DNA of 64,000 nt from Gammaproteobacteria bacterium (GCA_014075255.1 CP046178.1:1089616-1153615), one strand, 5' to 3'; counted from the stretch's first letter, positions 1 to 11,210 are shown. Program-made: numbers and translations. The notes: a model not told the origin generated them from the letters alone.

Positions 1-19
1 CAAAAGTGCACTTAAAAAT

Positions 20-313
20 ATGAATTTAAATTCAAAAATTGATTGGTGGTTCATGCTGACACTCCTTGATGTCGTACATTATTATTCCCTTCGCTTGCAA
101 AGTTATGAGTACATTCCATTACCATCCGAACGAGGACACACCTCGCCAGACAAGCGAAAAAACCTATTAACACACCTTATTTTAAGGACTTACGAGCGTT
201 TTAAAGACTATATGTATCGGATGTTTGATACCGCGGGTCAAACGATTTTGAGGACTAACGGATGTTTTATTAGGATGCGTGGAATGGAATTTATTTGTGA
301 CTTGAATGTTTGA
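20..313 (+). CDS. hypothetical protein with no recognisable domain
   Basis: 97 aa ORF from the six-frame track. I recognised no motif. It is convergent with the downstream O-methyltransferase gene. Confidence 0.2.
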   Translation: MNLNSKIDWWFMLTLLDVVHYYSLRLQSYEYIPLPSERGHTSPDKRKNLLTHLILRTYERFKDYMYRMFDTAGQTILRTNGCFIRMRGMEFICDLNV

Positions 314-332
314 AGATTTGCAATAAATTTAT

Positions 333-1325
333 CTATATTTTACAACCCACTACAACACTCCAGTACCCAGTAGTTGGCATTATTTGAATATTTTGAAATC
401 CAGACTTTTTTAGAATTTTTTTAACTTCACTTCCAGTATATTGCTTACCTTCAGTCCAGGCCATCATGCCAACATTCCCTGCTGATGCCATTAAAGGGCC
501 AGATTTATCATCATCAAAAAGCATTTCATGAATAATAATTTTTCCTTGTTCGGGTAGGCTCTGAAAACTTTTTTCAGCAAGAAGTAGACATTTTTCTTCT
601 CGCCAATCATGAAATATTTGCGAGTAAAAATGCACGTCAGCTTTTGGGAACTCGCATTTCCAAAAATCATCAGAAACAAATTTTATTCTTGCTTGTAAAT
701 TGTATTCTGATAATAATTTTTTAGCCGCGGTTATAACAGTTTTAATATCAAGAAGTACTGCACTTAAATGCGGATAATATTTTAATATCCCTATTATATG
801 TGCGCCAGAACCACCTCCCACATCAAGCAGTGTATGGTTACTTGAAAGATCAACTTTATCCGGCCACCCTAATGCTGCAGACATACTTGCACTGTGCATG
901 GCATGAGTAAACTTTTCAGATTTATCATTATCGTCAATATGAGCATCAAATATATCAACTCCACTATACACTTGAGGCGAATTGGTTATTACAGATTGCT
1001 TTAATTGCTCACATGTCCAGTTCGATTTATTCGATAATGCCAACATTCCACCAAAATAAGTTTCACTTTCTTTAAGCAAATATTTCTTTGAAACATCGGT
1101 TAATGTATATTTCCCATTTTTCGAAACAACAAACCCTAAATTTACCAACATCAACACTAACGCCTCTACTGGTCTTTCCTCCAAACCCAATTCATTTGAT
1201 AGTCCTAGTAATGTTTTTGAAGAGTCTGAAAGTTTCTCAAATATCTCAAGATCATGAGCCACAATGAGAGTGTTATAACTAATTCGACCAGCAATTACAT
1301 CCCAAACAAGAGTGTCATCTACCAT
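333..1325 (-). CDS. class I SAM-dependent O-methyltransferase (family 2, CrtF/HIOMT-like)
   Basis: Glycine-rich SAM-binding motif LDVGGGSGAHIIGIL..LLD. N-terminal winged-helix dimerisation-like region. 330 aa. Overlaps the upstream ORF by 7 nt, consistent with an operon. Confidence 0.7.
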   Translation of the reverse strand: MVDDTLVWDVIAGRISYNTLIVAHDLEIFEKLSDSSKTLLGLSNELGLEERPVEALVLMLVNLGFVVSKNGKYTLTDVSKKYLLKESETYFGGMLALSNKSNWTCEQLKQSVITNSPQVYSGVDIFDAHIDDNDKSEKFTHAMHSASMSAALGWPDKVDLSSNHTLLDVGGGSGAHIIGILKYYPHLSAVLLDIKTVITAAKKLLSEYNLQARIKFVSDDFWKCEFPKADVHFYSQIFHDWREEKCLLLAEKSFQSLPEQGKIIIHEMLFDDDKSGPLMASAGNVGMMAWTEGKQYTGSEVKKILKKSGFQNIQIMPTTGYWSVVVGCKI

Positions 1326-2116
1326 TCTCTTATACTGCTACCTTCATACTTTATGCGATTACATCTAAATGGAAAAAACATATTCTCTGGCTTTTCTGCT
1401 GCATCTATAAAGCACGTTGTAAAACCTATACTAAATGAGACCAACAGATAATTATAATATTCTCTGGGAGTTAGCCCTTGGTCAGCAGCAAGTCCAGCAG
1501 CAACCGCAGCAATGTTTGCTTTTTTGCGCCAACGACCCTCACTAAGAATTTTTTCAACATCAAATACTAGTTTCAAGTACTTTCCATTCGCTAAACCAAG
1601 TTTATGCGCTAACTCTACTAGAGGTTTTATTCTCTCGTCTTCTTTAACTATTGGTCTTGCATACCCAAAAATTGCTCTAAAATTTTTTAACTCGCTTAAG
1701 ACAATTTCAGACAATTCCTTATTATTTTCAATTTGCTCCTGTGCACGGTAGAAAAAATCAATAGCCCTGATATCAGGACGTCGGCCATATAAAAGCGCTT
1801 CAGACATTGCACTTGAAGCACCCACTGCTAGACATGCAGTGCTTCTTGCAGTCCCTGCTAATGATGATACTCGATTATTCCAAATTCGTGGATCAGGATA
1901 ACTTGTACATATAGTCCAAATTGAATCGAATAATTGTATTTGCTTTTTTGAAAACTCACGACCAGTTACTCCATATAGCAATAACTCCATCCATGATTTA
2001 TTTGAAAATTCGGTAAATAAATCTTTATCGCGAAAAACTACTCTTTCTCCAGGAAATACAAGCCCCATAGTAGTTTCCCACCTGTGCTCAAATTTGAATA
2101 AATCATCGTTACTCAT
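1319..2116 (-). CDS. citrate synthase-like protein (short, citryl-CoA-lyase-like; catalytic His apparently absent)
   Basis: 265 aa. Region GTARSTACLAVGASSAMSEALLYG resembles the citrate synthase ST.STVR.VGSS/GPLHGGA block, but there is no His at the His274-equivalent position. Confidence 0.5.
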   Translation of the reverse strand: MSNDDLFKFEHRWETTMGLVFPGERVVFRDKDLFTEFSNKSWMELLLYGVTGREFSKKQIQLFDSIWTICTSYPDPRIWNNRVSSLAGTARSTACLAVGASSAMSEALLYGRRPDIRAIDFFYRAQEQIENNKELSEIVLSELKNFRAIFGYARPIVKEDERIKPLVELAHKLGLANGKYLKLVFDVEKILSEGRWRKKANIAAVAAGLAADQGLTPREYYNYLLVSFSIGFTTCFIDAAEKPENMFFPFRCNRIKYEGSSIREW

Positions 2117-2128
2117 GCTTTAATTCGA

Positions 2129-2944
2129 TTACTTATCACGTGATTCATTTTTCAGATTTACTTGATGCAAGAAAAAAGGGTATCTATTACAGCCATAATA
2201 ACTTTGCTCAAGTGCGTTCGCGCCAGCCCCAGGTAATCTTAACAGTAGATACAACATTTCACCCTGTTCTTTAGATAATTCCAAATCTCTTAATGCAGTT
2301 GCAATTAAGCCTGTAAAAGAAACTGGAATCTGGATAATTTTTTCTAACTCAGATTGATTGTTTTTAAGCCAATTAATATTAGAGTTTGAATTAGTTAACG
2401 ATGATAACTTGTCTAAAGTTTTCATTACTGGTGTAGGACAAGTTACACCGTGCGGATCAAATCCCGGTGGATGCTCCATAGGTAGCCAAATATCTGCACG
2501 CTCTTCTTTTGGCGGATTTAATAATATTTCTTTCCACTTTGTAATATCTTGACCACATTCTTCCCATAACTGCATAACCAAAAACACTTCTCTCGCACCG
2601 CCATATTGCCCGGCTCCTACCGCAAGCGCTGCCATTAAAGCTGAAGCAGCGGTTGAACCACCAACACCTGCATTCATTGCAGCACGGACACTGTGGTCAC
2701 GTATTCCTGGATTCGCAATTGCAACTGCAATCGTTTCAAGTAGCGTAGCCTGCTCTTTTGTAGGTTTTTCTAATTTAAAAAGAAGATATAAATATTCAAT
2801 CCAACTTGCTTTTCCTAACAAGTCCCCATACACATCGTAACCCGCACAAAAACACTTTTTTGCAGCAAAGGGATTGTCTGGTTCAGGTTCTTCTCTCCAG
2901 ATTTTTGAATGAATGACTTCTTGTTTTTTTTCTTCCGAGGACAT
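2129..2944 (-). CDS. citrate synthase-like protein (paralog of the adjacent gene)
   Basis: 271 aa. NAGVGGSTAASALMAALAVGAGQYGGAREV aligns to the citrate synthase small-domain motif ..GPAHGGANE, with Tyr replacing the catalytic His. Confidence 0.5.
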   Translation of the reverse strand: MSSEEKKQEVIHSKIWREEPEPDNPFAAKKCFCAGYDVYGDLLGKASWIEYLYLLFKLEKPTKEQATLLETIAVAIANPGIRDHSVRAAMNAGVGGSTAASALMAALAVGAGQYGGAREVFLVMQLWEECGQDITKWKEILLNPPKEERADIWLPMEHPPGFDPHGVTCPTPVMKTLDKLSSLTNSNSNINWLKNNQSELEKIIQIPVSFTGLIATALRDLELSKEQGEMLYLLLRLPGAGANALEQSYYGCNRYPFFLHQVNLKNESRDK

Positions 2945-3056
2945 TATCGGTAACGCTTGCTATGGGAATTTAGACTTTACTAAATATAACTTTAAAAGCT
3001 CGGAATAAAAACAAAGGCTTTATGTATTTTAAGAAATGCTTATGCTAATAAATAAT

Positions 3057-4961
3057 TTATTTAAGCGTGCCTAATGCTTTTAATCGATTATCAATTGGCG
3101 GCACTTCGTCTTTATCAATGCGCACATCTAAAATCACCGGACCATCTAACATTAACTCTTTAACATTTAATGCTTCTAAATCATCAATTGAATTAATCAA
3201 ACGACTCGTGATGCCCATTGAATCTGCGTACTGAACAAAATCAATCTTTGGCAACTCATAACCAACGGGTTCGCCGCCGCCTAAATTTTGGCCGTGTTTT
3301 ACCATGCCATATTCTGAATCATTAAGAATAATGAAAAATACGGGTAATTTTTCTTGTAAGGCTACTGTTACTTCACCGCCATACATCAGCATTGAACCAT
3401 CACCGGTTATACATACCACTGGGTGTTTATCATTTGCTAGCGAAGTTCCAATTGATGACCCAATTGCCCAGCCCATAGAACCAAATTCTAAGCAGGTCCA
3501 AAATAATCCGCCATGCTCATCTCTTGATCCCGCAACGCGTCGATCATACGGATGCAAATAATGTATCGACCACGCCATGCTATTACCGGAATCACATAAA
3601 TATTTTGTTTCGGGAGGAAATATTTTTGGCAATAATGTCATAAGCCTTTGCGGCTTAATTGGAGCACTATTGTCAGTACATTTTTTTTCTTCCAACAACT
3701 TAAATGATCGTTTTAGTTCTGATTCATTTAAAGTATTGCTGCGGCTTTTGCTTGAACCTCTATCATTAGAGGTCGCTATTTTTTTAATATCAAGACTGTT
3801 TTCAACTTCTTCAAATACTTTTGCAACATCTCCTCTAACGTGTAAACGCGCCATTGGAGAATGCATTAAATTACCTTCCGAAGAATCAATGTGTATTAAT
3901 CGTTGATTTAACACTTTTTGATCCCAAGTATTACTTGCGGTCTCACTGAGTGTTGTTCCGATTGCAACGATGGTATCTACTTCATCATCAATGACATTGA
4001 TTGCGCTATCGTGCCCTGCAAATCCTAAAACGCCACAGAATAATGGATGAAATGGACTAACAAGCCCTTTTGCGTGAGGCGTAGTTACAATCTTTGCATT
4101 TACACTCGTTGCTACATTTAAAATTGGCCCTATTCCATTCAAACAACCTTCACCGACAATGAATACAATATTCTTTGATGATGAAAGTTCTTTTGTAAGT
4201 ATCTCTACACTGTCACTATCAACTGGTTGTGGCTTCCAAAGTAAATTAGCTAAATCGTTCGATGGATAATTAACTGGGCTAGCAGCTCTTAGAACATCTA
4301 AAGGAATACTGAGATGGGCTGGTCCCATCGGTGAACGAAATGCTGTCATAATTGCTGAAGCTAACTTCTGTTCAAATTGGTTAACGTGAGATACCAATGT
4401 ACTGAAATGAGTACAAGGCTCAAACATTGCTACAGTATTAATTCCTGTATCACCCGATTCTTGCGCTGCATTGCGCCCAAAATTTTCTAGCGCAGTTTGC
4501 GCTGTTATAACCAGTAACGGTGAATGATTATCATATGCGGAGGCAACTCCTGTTATAAGGTTTGTAGCACCAGGCCCTGCAGTGGCACAACATACACCCA
4601 AGTTACCACTATTACGCGCATAACCATCCGCCATAAACGCAGCACCCGTTTCATGTCTGGCTACTACCGCTCTTGGCCCACCCCTTTTAGCACTGCGCGA
4701 CAATGCGTTGTACAACGGTTCGATTGCGCCACCAGGAATACCAAATACAAATTCAACACCTATGTACTCTAAGTAGGAAACAAGTAAATCTCCCACTTCA
4801 TAAGATTCTTTCGAAGTGATCGGCGCAGCATCGTAAACTTGCGAATCATTTGCTGTAGGCAAATCAACAACATTGCGCGCACCAATCTCTAATGCATCGC
4901 TCTTTTCTGTAACGATATCCATTAAAGATGCAGAACTAATGTCATCTCCGTTTGCAGCCAT
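3057..4961 (-). CDS. thiamine-pyrophosphate-dependent enzyme, acetolactate synthase / benzoylformate decarboxylase-like
   Basis: N-terminal Pyr domain (YLEYIGVEFVFGIPGGAIEPLYNAL, CATAGPGATN). C-terminal TPP-binding motif GDGSMLMYGGEVTVALQEKLPVFFIILNDSEYG. 634 aa, with about 60 aa of N-terminal extension and an insertion of roughly 70 aa before the TPP domain. Confidence 0.7.
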   Translation of the reverse strand: MAANGDDISSASLMDIVTEKSDALEIGARNVVDLPTANDSQVYDAAPITSKESYEVGDLLVSYLEYIGVEFVFGIPGGAIEPLYNALSRSAKRGGPRAVVARHETGAAFMADGYARNSGNLGVCCATAGPGATNLITGVASAYDNHSPLLVITAQTALENFGRNAAQESGDTGINTVAMFEPCTHFSTLVSHVNQFEQKLASAIMTAFRSPMGPAHLSIPLDVLRAASPVNYPSNDLANLLWKPQPVDSDSVEILTKELSSSKNIVFIVGEGCLNGIGPILNVATSVNAKIVTTPHAKGLVSPFHPLFCGVLGFAGHDSAINVIDDEVDTIVAIGTTLSETASNTWDQKVLNQRLIHIDSSEGNLMHSPMARLHVRGDVAKVFEEVENSLDIKKIATSNDRGSSKSRSNTLNESELKRSFKLLEEKKCTDNSAPIKPQRLMTLLPKIFPPETKYLCDSGNSMAWSIHYLHPYDRRVAGSRDEHGGLFWTCLEFGSMGWAIGSSIGTSLANDKHPVVCITGDGSMLMYGGEVTVALQEKLPVFFIILNDSEYGMVKHGQNLGGGEPVGYELPKIDFVQYADSMGITSRLINSIDDLEALNVKELMLDGPVILDVRIDKDEVPPIDNRLKALGTLK

Positions 4962-5946
4962 CTCTCAACTCTGGTGTGTTTAAACTATTATTTATGTAAG
5001 TGTATTAAATATACGTGATTTATTTATTGAAGTGATCTCGTAATAGTTTGTATTTACAACTATTAACAATGTATTCATATTTATTTTTAGTTGTTATTAA
5101 GCAAAATACAACACTTTACGTGTGTTTAACATGCATTTATTTACTATTTTTCAAGTGTATTCATAAGTAAATGATTCTTGGAGAATTTAAAGAATCCATC
5201 CATTGTCCACACGGTAAGACAAGCCAATCTAGAATTTCGAATCGTTAAAAATTTTATTTAACCACCTAACAACCAAGTTAATGGAACAGTAACGAAGCTA
5301 TGGTTAGTGATAACAGACATATATGCGGCTAATACAATTATTAAATAATACATGCTTAGCTACCCCTCTATTTATATCGAACCTTTACATAAAACCCTCA
5401 GTAACCTTTATAAATGCTATTTGCAGATAATTATAATAACCAATACGAGCTATTAAACTTTAAAAGTGCGTAATGAATTTATAGATGCAAGCTAAGTGCG
5501 CTTATCTTCTAAAGATTGAAATCAGATATCTTTAAGACCGAATTCAAACCATATTGATTCGCAGATACCGATGAGACAAAACACCTTTTGGCACTTCTTC
5601 AGCAAACGCCTATTGAGATATATGAATACCTATTTCAAATTGTATATTTGAAATCTACCGCTATATCACTCTAAATATTCTAAAAACAATAAAAACATTT
5701 AAGAATAGTCACTTAGCGGATTTGCTTAACTAACTGCTATAAATGTAATGCTTTTTTCTGCAGAAAAGTTAAGCAACGAAGTTAAATTTCTTATGAAAAT
5801 ATAGAATTTTTCGTTACATTTTTTTCGCTAATTCATGCACACTTGCAAGACATATCACAGTTCATCATATTATTCCTTTTTAGAATGCTCATGAACTCTG
5901 ATAGGGAAGCACTATCTAATAAGAGTAAAACGAAACCGCTATTCCC

Positions 5947-7344
5947 ATGAACTCAACATTGCGCACATTTAAAATATTAATACTCGCTGTTGCAGTGGTC
6001 GCAATTCTTATTGTTGTTAATCAAAAGTATTCTTCATCTTTATTGCACGAAATTAAACGCGATAATAAATTAACGGTTATTACGCGTAACAGTCCCACCA
6101 CTTATTATATAGGTCCGAATGGACCCACTGGTTTTGAATATGAACTTGCAAAACAGTTTGCAGACTTTTTGGGTGTTGAACTAAACATCATTGTAAAAAA
6201 CGAATTTCACCAAATATTACCTAGCATTGTAAATAATGATGCGCATATTGGTGCTGCTGGAATTACCCATACCAAACAACGTGATGCCTATGTCAACTTT
6301 GGTCCTGAATATACCAAGGTGGTCTCACAAATCGCTTATAAAAGTGGCCAAAAAAAGCCTAAATCTATCGTCGACCTTGAAGGCAAACGTATAGCGGTCG
6401 TCAAAGGCAGCTCTCATGCCCAAATGCTACTAGATCATAAAGAGTTTTTCCCAAATCTAGAGTGGAAAGAATACCCCGATTTAACTTCAGAAGAGCTGAT
6501 GCTATTAACCACAGATAGTTTGATTGATTACACAATCGCCGATTCAAATGAACTTGCCGTAACGCGACGTTATTTTCCAAAATTAAGAGTCGGTTTTAAC
6601 TTAGGTCCAGAACAACCTCTTGCATGGGCCTTAAGAAAATCAGAAGACGATTCTTTACAAAAAGCGGTTAATAATTTTTTTGTGAAAATAGAAAGTGATG
6701 GTTCGCTAACACACTTAAGAGAAAAATATTTTGGTCATATAAACGATATAACTCCAGTAGATAGTCATACATTTCTTAAACATGTACGTGAACGTTTACC
6801 TAAATATGAAAATCTTTTTAAGGAAGCTGCTATTGAATATGACCAAGACTGGCGATTTCTTGCAGCAGTAAGTTATCAAGAGTCATTATGGAATTCGAAT
6901 GCTGTTTCTCCCACGAGTGTTAAAGGCTTAATGATGCTTACCCGTGATACCGCTAATGATCTCAACATTAAAGATCGTGTTGATCCACATAAAAGCGTAA
7001 ACGGTGGAACGAAATATTTTTTATCGATGCACGAAAAAATACCAGCACGCATTGGAGAGCCAGATCGCACCTGGATGGCCCTTGCTGCTTACAATGTTGG
7101 ATTTGGTCATTTAGAAGATGCACGAATTCTGACCCAAAATGCTGGCGACGACCCAGATCAGTGGATGGCGGTTCGAAAATATCTTCCGCTTTTAAGTAAC
7201 AAAAAGTGGTATGAAAAAACTCGCCATGGTTACGCACGAGGCAAGGAACCTGTGATCTACGTACAGAATATACGCAACTACTTTGATTTATTAGTTTGGC
7301 TAGAAAATAAGGGCGAACTTTACGACATGGTCGCACAAAACTAG
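5947..7344 (+). CDS. mltF: membrane-bound lytic murein transglycosylase F
   Basis: Signal/TM segment, a family-3 solute-binding domain, then an SLT domain (AVSYQESLWNSNAVSPTSVKGLMMLT, AYNVGFGH). Confidence 0.8.
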   Translation: MNSTLRTFKILILAVAVVAILIVVNQKYSSSLLHEIKRDNKLTVITRNSPTTYYIGPNGPTGFEYELAKQFADFLGVELNIIVKNEFHQILPSIVNNDAHIGAAGITHTKQRDAYVNFGPEYTKVVSQIAYKSGQKKPKSIVDLEGKRIAVVKGSSHAQMLLDHKEFFPNLEWKEYPDLTSEELMLLTTDSLIDYTIADSNELAVTRRYFPKLRVGFNLGPEQPLAWALRKSEDDSLQKAVNNFFVKIESDGSLTHLREKYFGHINDITPVDSHTFLKHVRERLPKYENLFKEAAIEYDQDWRFLAAVSYQESLWNSNAVSPTSVKGLMMLTRDTANDLNIKDRVDPHKSVNGGTKYFLSMHEKIPARIGEPDRTWMALAAYNVGFGHLEDARILTQNAGDDPDQWMAVRKYLPLLSNKKWYEKTRHGYARGKEPVIYVQNIRNYFDLLVWLENKGELYDMVAQN

Positions 7345-7353
7345 CAATTTTTA

Positions 7354-7839
7354 TTACCTACGCTGGCGAAAAAACTGCTGCAACATCTCTGCACTTTTTT
7401 TCTCTAAAACTCCGCCCTGTACTTCAACCGAATGGTTATGCCTTGCGTCAGAAAGCACATCAAACACAGTTCCCGCCGCCCCAGTTTTTGGATCATATGC
7501 CCCGAAGACCAGCCTTTTTACTCTAGCGTGCAAGATTGCCCCCACACACATCAGACAGGGCTCTAAAGTTACATAGAGTGTGGTTTTAACTAATCGATAA
7601 TTTTCAATAGTTTTAGCCGCATCACGTAAAGCCATAATTTCTGCATGTGCGGAGGGATCATTACTAGCAATCGATTGATTCCATCCTTTACCGATAATCT
7701 TATCCTCAAGAACCACTACCGCACCTACAGGAACTTCTTGTTGGCTCATTGCATGCTCAGCCAAACTTAAGGCTTCATGCATCCATTTTTGATCATCAGT
7801 CAAAGAATTAAGGTCGCTGTTAAAATCATTCCCACTCAA
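7354..7839 (-). CDS. tadA: tRNA-specific adenosine deaminase
   Basis: CDA fold motifs [12 protein letters not shown] and PCLMCVGAI. 161 aa. Its start overlaps the guaA stop. Confidence 0.85.
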   Translation of the reverse strand: MSGNDFNSDLNSLTDDQKWMHEALSLAEHAMSQQEVPVGAVVVLEDKIIGKGWNQSIASNDPSAHAEIMALRDAAKTIENYRLVKTTLYVTLEPCLMCVGAILHARVKRLVFGAYDPKTGAAGTVFDVLSDARHNHSVEVQGGVLEKKSAEMLQQFFRQRR

Positions 7840-9385
7840 TCGTGGCGGGCGGTTTCCCCGAAATATCGTAAGTCACTCTAGAGATTCCCTCAATCTCATT
7901 AATAATACGACGCGACACATGATCCAAAAACTCATAAGGAAGATGCGCCCAACGCGCGGTCATAAAATCAATAGTTTCTACAGCTCGCAAGGCAATCACA
8001 TAATCATACCTTCTTCCATCACCCATCACGCCTACTGATTTTACCGGCAAGAAAACAGCAAAAGCTTGTGAGACATCGTCATATAATTTATGCAATCTTA
8101 ATTCTGAAATAAAAATATCATCCGCCAGTCTCAATAGATCTGCATATTCTTTTTTTACTTCACCCAGTATGCGCACACCTAAACCGGGCCCAGGGAAAGG
8201 ATGGCGATAAATCATTTCGCGCGGCAAACCAAGTTCTTCACCCATTTTGCGCACCTCATCTTTGAAAAGTTCTCGCAATGGTTCCACTAATTTTAATTTC
8301 ATATCTTTTGGCAAGCCACCAACATTGTGATGCGATTTAATTAAATGTGCTTTGCCCGTAGAAGAACCAGCAGACTCAATAACATCTGGATAAATTGTGC
8401 CTTGCGCTAACCATTTAGCATTTTTTAATTTAGAAGATTCATCTTCAAAGATATTAATAAATAGGTTACCTATAATTTTGCGTTTTTTCTCAGGATCAAT
8501 CTCGCCTCTCAATTCATTCAAATAGCGTTGCTCTGCATTAACACGAATTACTTTCACACCCATGTGTTGCGCAAAAGTTTCCATTACCTGATCGCCTTCG
8601 TTTAAACGCAATAACCCTGTATCTACAAATATACAAGTGAGCTGTTCACCAATAGCTTTATGTAACAAAGCAGCAACTACCGATGAATCTACACCCCCTG
8701 ATAAACCGAGAATAACTTGATCATTGCCAACCTGTTGCTTAATGTTTTCAATCGACTCATTAACGATGTTTGCAGAGGTCCAATCGGAACCGCACCCACA
8801 AATATCACGAATAAAACGTCCTAATATTTCTTTACCTTGTTTGGTATGGGTAACTTCTGGATGAAACTGTAAGCCGTAAATTTTTAGTTGTTTGTTCTCT
8901 ATTGCGGCAATCGGCGCACTATCTGTACTTGCAATAACTTCAAAGCCATCAGGTAGTGTTGCAACACGATCTCCATGCGACATCCAAACATCCAAGCAAT
9001 TCTTGCCGTCAGAAATGCCATCTAATAGTTCGCTCCCACTCTCAGTATTCACTTGCGCATAGCCAAACTCTTTTTCATTTGACTCTTCAACATCACCACC
9101 TAGGTGTTTAGAAATGGCCTGCATACCGTAACAAATCCCAAGCACAGGAATGCCCAGTTTAAAGATTTCATTGGAAACTTCCGGTGTATCTTGCAGCGTA
9201 ACGGATTCAGGGCCACCAGAAAGAATGATACCCTTTGCACCAAAAGCAGTGATTCTTTCTAAAGCAATGTCCCAAGGATAGATTTCACAATACGTTCCAA
9301 GTTCGCGAACACGTCTTGCAATCAGTTGTGTGTATTGAGATCCAAAATCCAGGATTAATACTTTATCGGCATGAATATTTTTCAT
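7826..9385 (-). CDS. guaA: GMP synthase (glutamine-hydrolysing)
   Basis: N-terminal GATase1 domain ([28 protein letters not shown]) and ATP-PPase SGGVDSS motif. 519 aa. Confidence 0.95.
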   Translation of the reverse strand: MKNIHADKVLILDFGSQYTQLIARRVRELGTYCEIYPWDIALERITAFGAKGIILSGGPESVTLQDTPEVSNEIFKLGIPVLGICYGMQAISKHLGGDVEESNEKEFGYAQVNTESGSELLDGISDGKNCLDVWMSHGDRVATLPDGFEVIASTDSAPIAAIENKQLKIYGLQFHPEVTHTKQGKEILGRFIRDICGCGSDWTSANIVNESIENIKQQVGNDQVILGLSGGVDSSVVAALLHKAIGEQLTCIFVDTGLLRLNEGDQVMETFAQHMGVKVIRVNAEQRYLNELRGEIDPEKKRKIIGNLFINIFEDESSKLKNAKWLAQGTIYPDVIESAGSSTGKAHLIKSHHNVGGLPKDMKLKLVEPLRELFKDEVRKMGEELGLPREMIYRHPFPGPGLGVRILGEVKKEYADLLRLADDIFISELRLHKLYDDVSQAFAVFLPVKSVGVMGDGRRYDYVIALRAVETIDFMTARWAHLPYEFLDHVSRRIINEIEGISRVTYDISGKPPATIEWE

Positions 9386-9421
9386 GAAAAACTAAAATTT
9401 GAAATGATGCACGAAGATAGT

Positions 9422-10891
9422 TTATTCGACGTGATAATTTGGTGCTTCCTTAGTGATCGTCACATCATGCACATGACTTTCTCGATTGCCGGCAGCAGAT
9501 ATTTTCACAAACTCAGGTTTAGTACGCATTTCATCAATCGTTCCACAACCCACATACCCCATACTTGAACGCAGCCCGCCAAGAAGTTGTTGGATAATAT
9601 TAACTACAGTCCCTTTATAAGGCACACGACCTTCAATACCTTCTGGTACAAATTTGTCTGCGCCGCCTTCTTCATCTTGGAAATAACGATCACTAGAACC
9701 TTGTTGCATGGCTGACAAAGAACCCATACCTCGGTAACTTTTATAAGAGCGCCCTTGAAAAAGCTCGACTTCGCCCGGAGCTTCTTTAGTTCCAGCAAAC
9801 AATCCACCAATCATAATGGTGTTTGCTCCTGCAGCTATGGCTTTGGCAATATCACCTGAATAACGAATGCCACCATCTGCAATTATGGGTACCTTGCCTT
9901 TTACTAATTCGCTTACATTATCAACTGCACTAACTTGCGGCACGCCTACTCCGGCAACTATACGGGTTGTGCAGATGGATCCAGGTCCAATACCCACCTT
10001 TACCGCATCTGCGCCTGCTTTAATTAAATCTAAAGCAGCTTCACCCGTAGCAATATTTCCGCCAATAACTTGCACTTCTGGAAAGTTTTTCTTCACCCAA
10101 GCGACGCGATCCAACACCGCTTGCGAATGACCATGCGCGGTATCCACCACGATCACATCCACTCCAACTTGCACAAGTTCTGTAACACGTTGATCAGTTT
10201 CCGCACCCACACCCACTGCAGCACCAACAATTAACCGCCCTTCATGGTCTTTACACGCTAATGGGAAGTCTTTTGATTTTTGAATATCTTTAACTGTTAT
10301 TAGCCCACGCAATTCAAAATCATCATTTACCACTAAAACTTTTTCAATTCGATGCTCATGTAAAAGTTTTTTAATTTCACCTTTACTCGCGCCTTCTTTA
10401 ACAGTAACAAGTCGATCTTGCGGCGTCATGATTTTTGATACTGGCTCATCTCTACGTTTTTCAAATCGTAGATCACGGCTGGTTACAATACCAAGCAATG
10501 ATTCTCCCGCTACAACTGGCACACCGGAAATATTTTTTTCGCGCGTAAGCTCCAGCACTTCACCAATACTGGTATTGGGTTCTACACAAATGGGTTCTTT
10601 GATTACACCGCTTTCAAATTTCTTAACCGCTCTGACTTCGCTAGCTTGTTGAGTCACTGAAAGATTTTTATGAATGACCCCAAAGCCACCTTCTTGCGCC
10701 ATCGCGATCGCTAAGCGAGCTTCTGTTACGGTATCCATTGCAGAAGAAACCAGCGGCATGTTGAGACTAATTTCGCGAGTTAGCTGAGTCTTAAGTTCAA
10801 CTTCGCGCGGTAAGACGCTAGAGTGAGCTGGGACGAGAGAAACATCGTCAAAAGTGAGCGCGTCTTGTTTGATTCGCATTGTGCGGTCCAT
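9422..10891 (-). CDS. guaB: IMP dehydrogenase
   Basis: TIM barrel with CBS pair. Catalytic-loop [11 protein letters not shown] motif. 489 aa. Classic guaBA arrangement. Confidence 0.95.
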   Translation of the reverse strand: MDRTMRIKQDALTFDDVSLVPAHSSVLPREVELKTQLTREISLNMPLVSSAMDTVTEARLAIAMAQEGGFGVIHKNLSVTQQASEVRAVKKFESGVIKEPICVEPNTSIGEVLELTREKNISGVPVVAGESLLGIVTSRDLRFEKRRDEPVSKIMTPQDRLVTVKEGASKGEIKKLLHEHRIEKVLVVNDDFELRGLITVKDIQKSKDFPLACKDHEGRLIVGAAVGVGAETDQRVTELVQVGVDVIVVDTAHGHSQAVLDRVAWVKKNFPEVQVIGGNIATGEAALDLIKAGADAVKVGIGPGSICTTRIVAGVGVPQVSAVDNVSELVKGKVPIIADGGIRYSGDIAKAIAAGANTIMIGGLFAGTKEAPGEVELFQGRSYKSYRGMGSLSAMQQGSSDRYFQDEEGGADKFVPEGIEGRVPYKGTVVNIIQQLLGGLRSSMGYVGCGTIDEMRTKPEFVKISAAGNRESHVHDVTITKEAPNYHVE

Positions 10892-11210
10892 GTGCCTAAG
10901 TGGCGGCTCATTATAGTGATTGCGCGATACGCGGTAAACTTAATTTATGCGCATGGATGTACTGTATGCCGGTAACGCAGGAGCAGTTATCGGTATTATG
11001 CCCATGAACGGACTGTATGAACGCAGAAGATACGGTTCCATGGATAGAATCGGTAGCGTCGAATCAGGAACAGAGGTCCAGAGTAATGCCAGGAGCGATT
11101 ATCGACGACAGCATGAATGCAGGAGATAGAACAACGCTGGAGCAGTTACCGAGGAACAATACTCGCGAACCATTAACGACTACAATCTACACTGTCAATA
11201 ATCAAGTACT

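Noticed and set aside
1319-2944. Two 270 aa ORFs as halves of one split citrate synthase
   Set aside because: Each ORF independently carries the same small-domain signature region, so they are paralogs rather than N- and C-halves. Both lack the catalytic His, so a true citrate synthase is unlikely.
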